Assembly: GCF_001194135.2 (NCBI RefSeq)
Contig: NC_068999.1
Coordinates: 33,220,010-33,284,009, forward strand
Direction of reading: 5' to 3'
DNA: 64,000 nt
Origin: Octopus bimaculoides
Lineage: Eukaryota
Part shown: positions 47,420-59,902 of the stretch, piece by piece
Position numbering within the stretch: position 1 is the stretch's first letter
Layout of the letters: every line of letters starts with the position of its first letter
The notes under the pieces: generated by a model
Told to the model about the DNA's origin: nothing
The model's database searches: none
What the model saw: the letters and a program-made list of their open reading frames with translations, nothing else
Position numbers and translations under genes: made by a program

Positions 47420-47492
47420 TCTTTATTCTGTTTGTGTTATCAGTCATTGGACTGCTGCCATACTGGCACATTGCCTTCAAGAGTTTAGTCGA
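47420..47492 (-). mobile_element. SINE family B tail fragment
   Basis: CAGTCATTGGACTG..TTTAGTCGA. Confidence 0.7.
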
Positions 47493-48033
47493 TAATACAG
47501 TGACAGCTGTAGTGATAGTAGCTATAACACAGAGAACTATGACACAAACAGCCACAGTAACACTTAAATTACCACCCTCCTGCATCACACTGTACTGTGG
47601 AAACAACAAAAATTTCCTTCTGTGTATGTAGTTGTATATGCATATATACATACATGACGATCATGATGATGGCTGTCCGGTCATGTCTTAGGAAGTCCAT
47701 CACTAACCATTAGGAGCATGATGCATTCAGTCAAATTTATACTTTACACTTGTGGCTCCACTGATAACTAATGAGCCAATCTCTTCATAAACATACATGC
47801 CTGCTGGTATTGTAGACCAAGCTTCCTCCCATTCACTACACTGTCAGTGTGTTTTCAAACAGCTCGCTTAAATTCATCATTCTGTTTTGAAAATATCCAC
47901 TCTTTCCTTTACTTATTTCTGCTACTGGTGGCAATAGCAAGCATTGCTTTCCCAATTGACCTCTCATATTTCATATGCCTTCAACAAGGATTTTACACAA
48001 TCTTATACATGCATATATAATTGTGCGTGTGTA

Positions 48034-48084
<51 letters not shown>

Positions 48085-48378
48085 NNNNNNNNNNNNNNNN
48101 NNNNNNNNNNNNNNNNNNNNNNNNNNNNNNNNNNNNNNNNNNNNNNNNNNNNNNNNNNNNNNNNNNNNNNNNNNNNNNNNNNNNNNNNNNNNNNNNNNNN
48201 NNNNNNNNNNNNNNNNNNNNNNNNNNNNNNNNNNNNNNNNNNNNNNNNNNNNNNNNNNNNNNNNNNNNNNNNNNNNNNNNNNNNNNNNNNNNNNNNNNNN
48301 NNNNNNNNNNNNNNNNNNNNNNNNNNNNNNNNNNNNNNNNNNNNNNNNNNNNNNNNNNNNNNNNNNNNNNNNNNNNNN

Positions 48379-48414
<36 letters not shown>

Positions 48415-49214
48415 CAAGGGGGTACCCAAAAGTAACCAGAAACGTTCTCTGTGGGACAAGCCTGTTGTAGTTTGGGCTTCCAGAAGCCACTTGATGCAAC
48501 CCTCAGGCATCAGTCTGCTGACTGGCATTGTCTAGTGGAGTTGTACTGCCACATGATGCATCTTTGTTTTGCAGTGCTTCTCCCCTGAAATTCTGTTTTC
48601 TGTTGGGGAAAACAGTGTTTGAAACAGTTGTCATGCTTCAAACAGCTTAGCAGGACACTACCATGAGCAAAACACAAGTTTACGAGTGGTTTTCATGCTT
48701 TAGGAATGGTCACTTGTCACTTGAAGACCAACCTCATCTAGGACGTTCATCGTCCTCCCGAACGAATGAAAACATCACAAAAATTCATGAGGACTGTCAC
48801 TGAACAATTGACAAACTTGTTGATATGATTGCTGTGTCCTGGAGATCCTGCCAACAGATTTTGAATGAGGAATTGTGAATGAAAAGAGTTGCAGCAAAAT
48901 TTGTGCCTCAACTTAATACATGTTGTGAACTGAAAGAACAGTTGGAAGATGATCCAGACCTTTTTTTGAAAGTCATCACTGGTGACGAAAGCTGGTGATA
49001 TGGAATTTGCAGATGTGGAAGAGGTGAAGAAAAAAACGACAGAGGCGTTAAAAAGCATCTTCACAAGAGTTCCAGCACTGCTTCAAACAGTGGAAAACTC
49101 ATTTGGACTGATGCATTGTTTTAAATGGAGAATACTTTGAAGGCAATAAAAGTATAAACATGCAAAACTAAGTGAATAAAATAATATTGCAAAGTTCCAG
49201 TTTCTTTTGGGTAC
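48415..49214 (+). mobile_element. mariner internal-deletion derivative with both TIRs
   Basis: TIRs GTACCCAAAAGTAACCAG / CCAGTTTCTTTTGGGTAC; AAKFVP; ITGDESW joined directly to C-terminal FADVEEVKKKTTEAL. Confidence 0.88.
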
Positions 49215-49390
49215 ATCATCACCATCATTTAATGTCCATTGTTCATGCTGGCATGGACTGGACAGTGTGAGAGAGGAGCTGGCCAGCTGAAGAACTGCCT
49301 GGGCTCCATGTCTGTTTTGGCATGGTTTCTATGGCTGGATGCCCTTCCTAATGCCAACCACTTTACAGTGTGTGCTGGGTGTTTATATAT
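49215..49390 (-). mobile_element. RTE 3' UTR-derived short copy with (ATG)n tail
   Basis: CATGCTGGCATGG..GGATGCCCTTCCTAATGCCAACCAC; same block as the RTE copies at 50130, 52985 and 59903. Confidence 0.8.
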
Positions 49391-49891
49391 AAATCTGGGC
49401 ACTTATATATTAATCATGGTTTATAATCATTCAAAAGTAAGTAAGAAAATGGAGATATAACTTTTAATAAAAATGTATTATCTGCAAAAATCAAACACAG
49501 TCCCATACAACTGTTTCAATTAAGCCTAATAAATTAAACAGCAATGATTAAAATCATTATATTAGGCAGAATTTCTTCAGAGGGGTAGAAAAAGATTTTG
49601 CCAAATATAATGATTTTAGTAATTGCTATTTNNNNNNNNNNNNNNNNNNNNNNNNNNNNNNNNNNNNNNNNNNNNNNNNNNNNNNNNNNNNNNNNNNNNN
49701 NNNNTGTGTGTATGTATGTATAAGATCAGGCTGGGTGTGAAGTTGGGATATTTCTGGAGAAGCACTTGACCTCAATAATAGGCTATCAACACTGTCAGGA
49801 TCAATTAAAGGTATCTAACAACCTATCTATAGATATGCATGCATGTCTAGTTATAAAATACTGTGTATACATATAATTTCAAAGCTATATG

Positions 49892-49941
<50 letters not shown>

Positions 49942-50129
49942 TACATAAATACATACACACACACATGCATACATATGTATATACATACATGCACACATAC
50001 ACATACACACACGTCTTTATAGCCTTTATCTATCCCATTATAAAGTTTATGTATATACAAGTACAAATTTGTATATGTAATTATATGTATGTATATATAT
50101 ATGTGTGGATATGTATGTATATCGATGGA

Positions 50130-50990
50130 TATCATCATCGTCATCATCATCATCATCATCATTTAACGTCCATTGTCCATGCTGGCATGGGTTTGAGACG
50201 GTTTTACCAGATTTGGTAAGCTGGAAGGCTGCACCAAACTCCAGTCTGATTTGGTATGATTTCTACTGCTGGATGCCCTTCCTAATGCCAACCACTCAGT
50301 GAATGTAATGTCTGCTTTTATGTGCCACTATGCAACTTTATGTGCCATCATACAATCTGCCTTTCACTCTGAGAGAGAAACCCTATGTTGCCAGTAGAGG
50401 TAGGAGCTCTCTGAACTTTGCCCAGCTTAATCTTATTCTCATTGCTATGCTCTCGGAGCATCCACCTCTGCTACTAACTTGGTCACCTAGATAATGGAAG
50501 CTATCTACTACCTCTAGCTTACCCTACTGACCGTTAATAGAGTCTATTTTCTGTACATATTCAGTGTTTTTTGTACCTGTGCATCTTCCACACACAAAAG
50601 CTATTTTCCCTGTTAACCTTTCTCTGATATTGCTGCACCTCTTATGTGTCCAAAGCTTACACTGGGTGCATCTTATGGAGTTTCTACCCATGCCTTTTCT
50701 ACAGATTGAGCAGAGCCATCTACCTGAAGGGATTTGTGATTTGTCTACCTTCCTACTTACTAAGACTTTGGTTTTTGCTAGGTTAACTCTAAGGCCTTTC
50801 AATTCTAGACAATGCTTCCATACCTGGAACTTCTTCTCTAGTTCTGGTAGTAATTTAGCTATAAGAACAATGTCATCAGCATAGAGGAGCTCCCAGGGGC
50901 AGCCTGTCTTAAATTGTTCTGTTATTGCCTGGAGGACTATGATGAACAAGGGGTGTGGAGTGGCTGAGGATCAATCCTTGGTGAACCCCT
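50130..50990 (-). mobile_element. RTE-clade LINE fragment: RT with an embedded PHD-like finger, then 3' UTR
   Basis: GVHQG..LLYADD..KTK..CSIC..CTQC..HKRC..CGRC..FHYLGD. Confidence 0.92.
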
Positions 50991-51589
50991 ACTTGTACCC
51001 TGAATTCTTTGCTGTACTTGTTGCCAACAAATATATATTTATGTATATATGTGTATATATTTATATTTATATATGTGTATATGTTTATATATGTATATTT
51101 GTTCTAAGAACATCAATGTTTAAATGGGGATATTACCGCTTAAGATTAACACTGCCTCTGTCACTAATATATATTCTTTAACAAGCATACTGGCTAATGT
51201 AATAGCAGCACCTGTTCTGGCACTGTTTTTCTATTTATCGCTGGCAGAGAGAAAAGTTGCTGTTATCTCTAGCAGCTGAGTGTCCATCATTGATGAGACC
51301 ATGGAAGGTAGAAATCATGTGATCTGGTGGTCTCAGCACTGGAAATGGCAAGATTTACCTTTCCGTTAGCGATATAAATAAGCGTGCATTTTGCACCAAA
51401 AGCCAATAAGAGAGTTTCTCTTGTAGTTTCTACTGCAGTATAGTTTGTTCTAACAGAACATCCACATTTAAGTGGGCAGAAGTGTTACATCTTTGCTGCC
51501 AAATGTTTTTTTTCCCCATTAGTGTCATGCATCACCAATCACATGTTGATTAGTTGCAGTCAAATTTTGTGTTGGGTTTTTATATTTTC

Positions 51590-51860
51590 TTCAGTCTCTA
51601 GCCAGTGTTAATTTTTTGATGTGTATGTTTGAATGTTAATTTTGGCATTGTATTACAATATGAGTGTGGTTTCCATAATTAATCTTTATATTTTTTTCTG
51701 CAATTTTTATAAAGTATTTTCTTCTAGTAGTTCCCTGTCTAGTTTCACTTTGTGATGTAATGTTGCACAATAGCTCTATGTTGCAAGTGCATGGTGAGTA
51801 TGTTGTACTGGTTAATCCAGCTTAACAGCTCGTGTTCCAAAGTTTGCAAACCTAATAGTC
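51590..51860 (-). mobile_element. PLE GIY-YIG fragment, same type as 11936-12150
   Basis: GLTSTT, LTMHLQHRAIVQHY and RLIMETTLIL in alternating frames. Confidence 0.65.
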
Positions 51861-51870
51861 AAAATTTGTG

Positions 51871-51903
<33 letters not shown>

Positions 51904-52009
51904 GTGCGTGAGTGTGTGCGTGTATATATATATGTGCTGAATAAATTATTGTCTAACTTATGCAAAAATGAAAATAGCACTAACATCTCATTTTAACAGA
52001 TATATTTAC

Positions 52010-52790
52010 CAAAATTAAATAAAAATATCTTGAAATACTAAAGAATAAATTTATTCAATAAAATCATCATTGGCTTCTAGATGACTTCGGAATCCCCTGC
52101 AACTCTTCTGGACGCTCTCCTTATTTAAGTTGGTGACTGATGCCATAATTCTTGCCTTCAGTTCATCTTTGGTGTTACAAGGAGTTTTGTTGGTCTCTCA
52201 CTCAACTGCACCCCACACATAATAATCAAGAGGGTTGCAGTCTGGAGAGTTAGGTAGCCAGATATTAAGGGTAGTGTGGTCGCAGAAATTGTCTGACAGC
52301 CATGACTGGTGTCTTCTGCTTGTGTGGCATGGTGCAGAGTCCTGTTGCCAAACATAGGGTCTTCCAGCAGCCACCCTCTTCCCCCAGGGCATCACTACCT
52401 CCTCAAGGCACTTGATGTAGGCCTTCGTGTTGAGTTTGAGGCTGTGTGGGCAGATGAATGGCAGTATAACGTCGCCATCACTAGAGGTCACTCCAAACAC
52501 CATGATGTTGACTGGATATTTGATTTTTATCACTCTCAGCACATGTCCTCAGATTGACACCCAAACACTCTGAAATGTTTGTATTGGAGCTTCCAGCATG
52601 AATGCCAAGCAGTACGGCATGTCGTTTCCAAATTTCTGGCTGAGTGAATTGTATTGTGGTGCTGTTTTTTTCACAGGCGGTGCCAAACTAACCCTACTAT
52701 ACTGTGTAGTTGACGAAATCAAAAATAAACAATGTACATGTGTGAAATTAAAAATATAAAATAGTGGCAATTTACCCATCACACCCTGTA
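52010..52790 (-). mobile_element. maT-type (DD37D) Tc1/mariner deletion derivative
   Basis: TIR TA-CAGGGTGTGATGGGTAAATTG; PEIWKRHAVLLG HTH start; WQQDSAP..37 aa..NPLDYYVW. Confidence 0.88.
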
Positions 52791-52984
52791 TTTGTATATG
52801 TATATATAGTTAAAAAATAAAGGCAGAAACAGCATGAAAGTATGTTTAAAGATTTATATTTGTTATATCAAGTGACTTTTATACAGTTTCGATGCATATG
52901 TCCACCTTCCCAAATATTAAAATTTGAAAGGCGAAAATTAGGGAATAAAAAGAAATTGGAAATTAAAAACAGTTCTCATATTTT

Positions 52985-53600
52985 GTACATAGTTAAGATC
53001 ATGAATGCCCTTCTTAACACCAACCACTTTACAAAGTTCCTGGGTGCTTTTACACAGCACTGGCATGGGTGCATTTATGTGGCACCAGTACAAGTGCTTT
53101 TTGTGTGACACCAGCACCCATGAACCCAGCAACACTCAGCTGGAAAGGGATGCAGGAGATATGCCTGTATGCAAGGACAACCACAATTTTGTTTAGCTTG
53201 ATGTGTCTTCTCAAGCACAGTAAACTACCTGGAATCTCAGTCCCCTGTCATTCCCTCTGTGAGGCCCAGTGTCTGAAGATCCTTTCTCACCACTTAGTCC
53301 CAACGTCTTCCTGGGTCTACTCCTTCCACAATTAGAGATTGGCATCTCTTGGTGCAACACTCTTCATCCATACACATCATGTAACCATACTAGCACAGTC
53401 TTCTCTCTTGCACACTACAATTGATGCCTTGTATTCCCAGTTTTTCTCCCGACTCACTTACACTTTGTTGTATATCCACACTGACATTATTCATCCGGTG
53501 GAGCATATTAGCTTCATTTATTTCAAGCCTGTGCATATCCTCAGAAGTCACAGCCCATGTCTCACTGCCATGTAGCATAACTGTTAGTACACAGCGAAGC
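52985..53600 (-). mobile_element. RTE-clade LINE 3' portion
   Basis: [25 protein letters not shown], then the shared 3' UTR. Confidence 0.88.
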
Positions 53601-53605
53601 TGTAA

Positions 53606-53669
<64 letters not shown>

Positions 53670-54397
53670 GTTCACATATACATGTATATACTTATATATT
53701 ATATATATATACATATATATATTGTATATATATTTATTTACAAATACAGATATGGACATCATAAATGTAGATATAGTTATATCTGTACATATGTCCATAT
53801 ATATATAGATATATGTGTGTATGTATATACATATATATCTTTTAACACCTGTACAAACACTTACACCTACACCTTCCACACACACAACTAGCCCCCCCCC
53901 CTCATATATGAAAGCACACTTCAAGTGTTGTCCACCGGTTTGGTAACACAGGTAGTTTCCATATGTCTTAGTTTCTTTGTCTCTCATCTACTGTCAGCTG
54001 AGAGGTACGGTAAATGTGGGTTAGGTATTTACGATCACAGCAATATAGTGACTACTACTGTCGACCACAACTTCTACACTACTATGGACTCTACCACTAC
54101 CACCACCACCACCACTATCTCACCACCACCTCACCACTTCCACAATCACTTCCACAATCACTTCCACTCATCACCACCACCACCTCCTTCATAGTTGCTG
54201 TGAATGCTGAACCTGACAGTCTTTAGAATTATCTTTTGGCAACTTTACATTTCCAACCTTGCCAAAATCTACAACACAAAGGCTACATTTCCTCTCCAGT
54301 GCCAGAATTGAGATATCACACCCTCCTCCTGGCAAAAACCATCCTACTTGCAGTGACACAGTGATTAGAAGTGTGGTGGGACACTATTGCCGCTACA

Positions 54398-54463
<66 letters not shown>

Positions 54464-54594
54464 TACAGTTATTCTCAGATCTTTGTTGGTTTGTTCATGG
54501 GTATTCCAATTTTTTTTATCAACTGATGGACCTAATCATTGAATTTCAGTATAAATGACTAAGTAATCCCCTGACATTTGTGCCTTTATTTTAA

Positions 54595-54636
<42 letters not shown>

Positions 54637-54879
54637 CTTTCCTTTATTCACCACTAAGGGTTTATATAAAAGATTGGGAATGGTACAGGACAACAAAGCA
54701 CAAAAAGAGTGGGATTTAATCATGTAAAAATGTAATAATAAGAAAAATAATAACAAATAAATCCCCAAGAGAGGAAGGCTTTCAAGGGCTGCTTGTGGAA
54801 ACTTCACAAAACCATGATTGCCCTCTCCACTTCATCTACCCTTGATCTAGAGATGCATGCTTAAGCTATGGTAAGTGTG

Positions 54880-55040
54880 GGTAAAATGTATCTTGGTAGT
54901 TATAGGTGTATTAGGAACTATTCTGAAAGATTTCTACAGATGGACAGAGGCAAGAGGCATAAAACCTAGTTTAATGCAGCTCCTGAAAACAGTGTTATTA
55001 GGGACAGCTAGGATACTTATAAAGGTTCTTGGTATCTAAG
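54880..55040 (+). mobile_element. R4/Dong-like 3'-terminal ORF fragment
   Basis: VVIGVLGTI..LLKTVLLGTARILIKVLGI-stop. Confidence 0.75.
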
Positions 55041-55109
55041 ATTACTGATGTTAGGAATTTTTCTTTTCCAACAATCTAATCTGTTGTGCATATTTGAAAT
55101 AATAATAGT

Positions 55110-55375
55110 CCTTTCTACAATTGGCACAAGGCCTGAAACTTTTTTGGAGAGTGTAAACAGTAAACTGATCAATTAGACCCATAGACCCATCCAGTGTGGA
55201 GTCACATTTTTTAACGATGGTAAGATGTTAATTGATGATTAGATCAATGCCAATATTCAATTGATATTTATTTTATCAACCCTGGAAGAATGAAAGGCAA
55301 AGTCACCTTGGCAGCATTTGAACCCTGAACATAAAGACAGATGAAATATTGCTAAGCAGTTTTTCCAGCATGCTA
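55110..55375 (-). mobile_element. SINE family A carrying an ~85-bp insert
   Basis: Family sequence on both sides of 55154-55238. Confidence 0.8.
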
Positions 55376-55544
55376 ATAATAATGATAATAATAATGATAT
55401 GATATGATATGATAATGATAATGACAAAGATAATGATAATGAGAATGAGAATGATAATAGATGACAGATGATAGATGATAGATGATGATAAATGATGATA
55501 GATGATGATAGATGATAATAGGTAATAGATAATAATAATAAACT

Positions 55545-56767
55545 AGAAGTAATGGGGGAGGAGGAATGGTGCAGGTAGAACTGTGCTATAAGACCTCTAC
55601 AATAGCAATGAACAAGTACTTATCTAGTACTGAGGACTGGATGCTGTGGCTTGTGTGCAAACACAAAAGCAGCAAAAAATCACATTCTATTGTCAAGGAA
55701 GCTTGCAAATTTTCAAGGGAACTTGGCATTAACCCTGAATTAAACGAAGAACTTGAAACCACTGCCACAAAAAGCAAGATGGATCAATCAGATTGCAAAA
55801 AAACGAAAGGGCAGAAACAAATTGAGGAGCAGTGGAGCCAGAAGCTTCTGCATGGACAGTATATACTTGGAAGCTGAAATGCTGATGTAGATCAAGCAAC
55901 ACCCCATCAGTGGCTGAGAAGCTCAGGACTGAAAGCAGAGACTGAAGGTCTCATATTGGGGGCACAAGATCAAAGCTTGCTTGTCAAAAACTACCAGGCT
56001 AACATTCTTCAAAACAGTTCTGACCCTAAATGCAGATTCTCTGATAAATTTGATGAAACATTAGACCATCTTGTCTCGGGATGTCCTGTGCTGACACCAA
56101 AAGAATACAAAAATTGCCACAATAGGGTAGGACAGTATTTACAATGGAATATATGTAAACACTACAAAATCGGTACTCCTGCTCACTGGCATGAGCATCA
56201 TCTTGAGTCAGTCATTGAAGGTAAAAATGTCACTATCTGCTGGGATTTTCCAGTCAACACTGACAGAATGATCCAGGCTAATTGACCAGACATAGTCATT
56301 AAAGACAGAGAAGAAAATACTTGTAGACTAATAGATGTAAGTGTTCCCACTGATAAAAATATATCTGTAAAGGAATTTGACAAATTAAGTAAATATAAGG
56401 ACCTGGAAATTGAAATACAAAAGATGTGGCATCTTAAAGCGAGATCTGTTCCTGATATTGTGGGTGCCCTAGATATGATAACAAAGGGATTTCAGAAGCA
56501 TCTAGATAATATCCCAGGAGAACCATGTCTCAGAGAAATCCAAAAGATTGTGCTGACAAATACTGCCCATATCATTAGAAAAACCCAATCAGTTTAAATG
56601 TATGTGTTGTATTACATGAAGATATTTCGCTACTGCTCCTGCCAGTTCCCCTCCCTAAGCTTTCAGTCATACTGTAACACCTTTCACTCACCCTACTGTA
56701 ACAGCCTTCACTCACATGCTGAGTGTGTCTTGGCGAGTGATTGTAGCAAACATGCAGATTAAAAATA

Positions 56768-56806
<39 letters not shown>
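55545..56806 (+). mobile_element. R4/Dong-like RLE LINE, 5'-truncated, embedded in (AAT)n
   Basis: WLRSSGLKAETEGLILGAQDQ; ETLDHLVSGC; WDFPVNTD; PDIVIKD..LIDVSVP; ORF ends at 56596; (AAT)n at both ends. Confidence 0.92.
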
Positions 56807-56965
56807 CAAACCACAGCACATACCCAAGGCACACAGAGCTGTGCTCGGTAGTGAAGTGAAAGCACGTTATAAAAATAAAACTACTGAACAATGATAATAA
56901 TAATAATAATAATGATAACAATAATAAGTGAGAAGTAGAGTTTATGTCAGTACATTTATTTCATG

Positions 56966-57005
<40 letters not shown>

Positions 57006-57015
57006 NNNNNNNNNN

Positions 57016-57058
<43 letters not shown>

Positions 57059-57119
57059 GTACTGATCCATGATAGAAAATTCAACAAAAAATGTACACCA
57101 TCTGGTGAGAGATAAATAT

Positions 57120-58350
57120 TATTTATTTAAAGGTCACAATACATGTATTAAAGCACTACTAATAGTTTCATATGTTGAGAAAACTCAAACATATTCTTCA
57201 GGCGCAAATCACATATCATAATGAACTAAAAATAGAAGAAATAGAAGAAACATGATCAAGCTGAGAAGGCAGCCTATAGAAAATGCAAACAGTCAACAAT
57301 AGAAAACAAAAAATTGATAAAAGAAACTAAAATGTCTAAAGGTAAAAAGTGCTATCCTAACCACTCTAGTATTATTAATCAAGATAATAAGAAACCAAAA
57401 AATAGGCCTAGGAAAATTATTTGGTTCGCCCCTCTCTTTTCCTTAATATAAAAACTAACATTGGTAAAAGATTCCTGTCTCTCCTAGACAAACACTTTGC
57501 AGCCACTAACAGATACAGGAAAATATTCAATAGGCGTTCTGTGAAATTATCATATAGCTGCTGCCCAGATATGAAGAGTATCATTACATGTGGTCAATAC
57601 CAAGAACCTGAATCCAGCTGCAACTGTCACAACCAGGATCTTGTCCACTTGACCAACGATGTAAGATTAACTCTATCTTACACGAGGCAGAAGTTAATGC
57701 AACCCTAAATAATAATACAACTGATAAGAAGACCTATATTGGATTATGTGAAGGAGAATTTAAAAATCGCTCTACCAGTCACATAGTCTCCTTCCCATGT
57801 AGGGACAAAAGTAAAGCTACTAAGTTGGCTAGCAACGTATGGACTGTGAAAGATAACGAAACACTGCATGTGATTAAATGGAAAGTAACTGAGGAATCCA
57901 TACCTTATGTGAATGGATCGAATAAATGTAGACTTTGTTTGGCTGAAAGAGCACAGATCCTGTTCAGATTTAAAGATCCTTAACTCTCTATTCAACACCA
58001 GGTCAGAAACTTTCAGTGGTTGCATGCATATGTTTAAATATATTCTAAAGAATTGCAAAATTCCACCTATCTCTGACTGACTTGATATCTTTCTAGCCTT
58101 ATCCTTTAAAGCGTAAGGAGGATAGCGCTTTTTACCTTTTGACACTTTAGTTTCAATTTCTATTTTTCATTTTCTGTTGTTTGCTGTCAGCATTTTCTGT
58201 ATGCTGCCTTCTCAGCTTCATCGTGTTTCTTCTATTCTATTTTTTTTAGTTCGTTATGATATGTGGTTTGCACCTAAAGAATATGTTTGAGTTCTCTCAA
58301 CACATGAAACTATTAGTAGCGCTTTAATACATATATTGTGACCTTTAAAT
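57120..58350 (+). mobile_element. 5'-truncated Penelope-like element with an inverted upstream pLTR
   Basis: Inverted arms 57120-57365 and 58105-58350; KTNIGKRFLSLLDKHF..KLSYSC; TYIGLCEGEFKNR; CRLCLAE. Confidence 0.92.
57153..57205 (-). ncRNA. Type I hammerhead ribozyme-like motif, core intact
   Basis: GCGC-CTGAAGA-ATATGTTTGAG(TTTT)CTCAACATAT-GAAACTATTAGTA-GTGC. Confidence 0.75.
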
Positions 58351-58581
58351 NNNNNNNNNNNNNNNNNNNNNNNNNNNNNNNNNNNNNNNNNNNNNNNNNN
58401 NNNNNNNNNNNNNNNNNNNNNNNNNNNNNNNNNNNNNNNNNNNNNNNNNNNNNNNNNNNNNNNNNNNNNNNNNNNNNNNNNNNNNNNNNNNNNNNNNNNN
58501 NNNNNNNNNNNNNNNNNNNNNNNNNNNNNNNNNNNNNNNNNNNNNNNNNNNNNNNNNNNNNNNNNNNNNNNNNNNNNNNNN

Positions 58582-58619
<38 letters not shown>

Positions 58620-58860
58620 GCATTATCATCAGCATTTTAATGTCAACTCTTCTATGGTTGTATGAGTCAGACTGAGTTTACTGAGGTAGATTTTCAATAA
58701 CTGGATGCCCTTCCTGTTGCCAACCTTCAGTTGTTTCCAAAGCAAAATAATATTTCCTCATCACCAAATATGTTTCCACAGAACATTGAAAATCAATGAC
58801 ACCTCTAGTATGAAAGTGACACTCATTTACAACTATCATGTGATGTGTATTCTTCAACAT
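58620..58860 (-). mobile_element. RTE-related 3' UTR/SINE variant
   Basis: (CAT) tail and CTGGATGCCCTTCCTGTTGCCAAC block. Confidence 0.6.
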
Positions 58861-59289
58861 TCATCCTCCACTGCAGAAGTGTTAATGCTGCTCCCCTTAA
58901 CGAAGAGGATAGGCCTGCAAGAACCCTTTGCCGTTGCCATGTAAAAGGCACTCATGTCAGTGCCAAGTAAGAGCACTCATGCTGGTGCCATGTTAAAAGC
59001 ACCCCCTTCACACTGTAAAGTGTGTTGAATTAGAATAATATTAAGAACATTAAATTAGGATCTCTTGCTGTGTTTGTTGTTGCTTTTTATATTTGTAGTT
59101 TGAATTCTGCTACAGCTATTACTTGAGTGGTAGACGTTCTGTGCCGCTTGATTTAAAAGTTTATATTCACCAACTGGTACCTTGGGTATACCTTTAGCAA
59201 GCATTCAGGCCAGGTCTTCAGTTAAGATAGATACCTTCTTCCCTCTCTTGTTTCAGTCTCAAAGGTCTCACAAAAGGTTTGTGCATTAC

Positions 59290-59500
59290 TCTTTCCTCTT
59301 TTCTAATCTAGGTAAAAAGCCTGAAATTTTTGGGGAGGGGGCCAGTCGATTAGATCAACCCAGTACATAACTGGTACTTAATTTATCGACCACGAAAGGC
59401 AAAGTTAACCTTGGCGGATTTGAACTCAGAACGTAAAGACAGAAGAAATACCGCTAAGCATTTCACCCAGTGTGCTAACGTTTCTGCCAGCGCGCTACCT
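59290..59500 (-). mobile_element. SINE family A
   Basis: Full-length reverse copy. Confidence 0.9.
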
Positions 59501-59662
59501 TCCTCTCTCCTCTTTATTAAAAGATTAAAAAATTGTTTTGGCTAATATCTGCAGATAAATTCTGTAGTACAATAAAGCATTGAAGAAAAACAGTGATCAT
59601 ACTAGTAATTTAATAACCAAACAAGCTGCCAAGAATGTATGTCCATGAATAATGTGTGTGTG

Positions 59663-59694
<32 letters not shown>

Positions 59695-59709
59695 TGTGTG
59701 TAATATGTA

Positions 59710-59870
59710 CAGGGTGTTTGGGTTAAATTTGACGGTTTGCATAAAAGGAAAAGAAAACAGTATTCCATCCAAAACTAAAAGTATTTTTAAAAAACCAAAA
59801 AAATATCAACCAGATTATAGCTGGGAGATAACATTTTACTCAATGTAACTGTCCTCAGCCTCCACTATGG
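59710..59870 (+). mobile_element. Tc1/maT-like terminal fragment
   Basis: TA-CAGGGTGTTTGGGTTAAATTTG resembles the TIR ending at 52790. Confidence 0.5.
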
Positions 59871-59902
59871 CCTTGATATATATATATATATATATATAGA
59901 TA

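Noticed and set aside
54290-54400. Possible phase-2 second exon after TTTCCTCTCCAG
   Set aside because: No good donor, the peptide is unconvincing and the frame runs into (CA)n; it looks like a repeat fragment.
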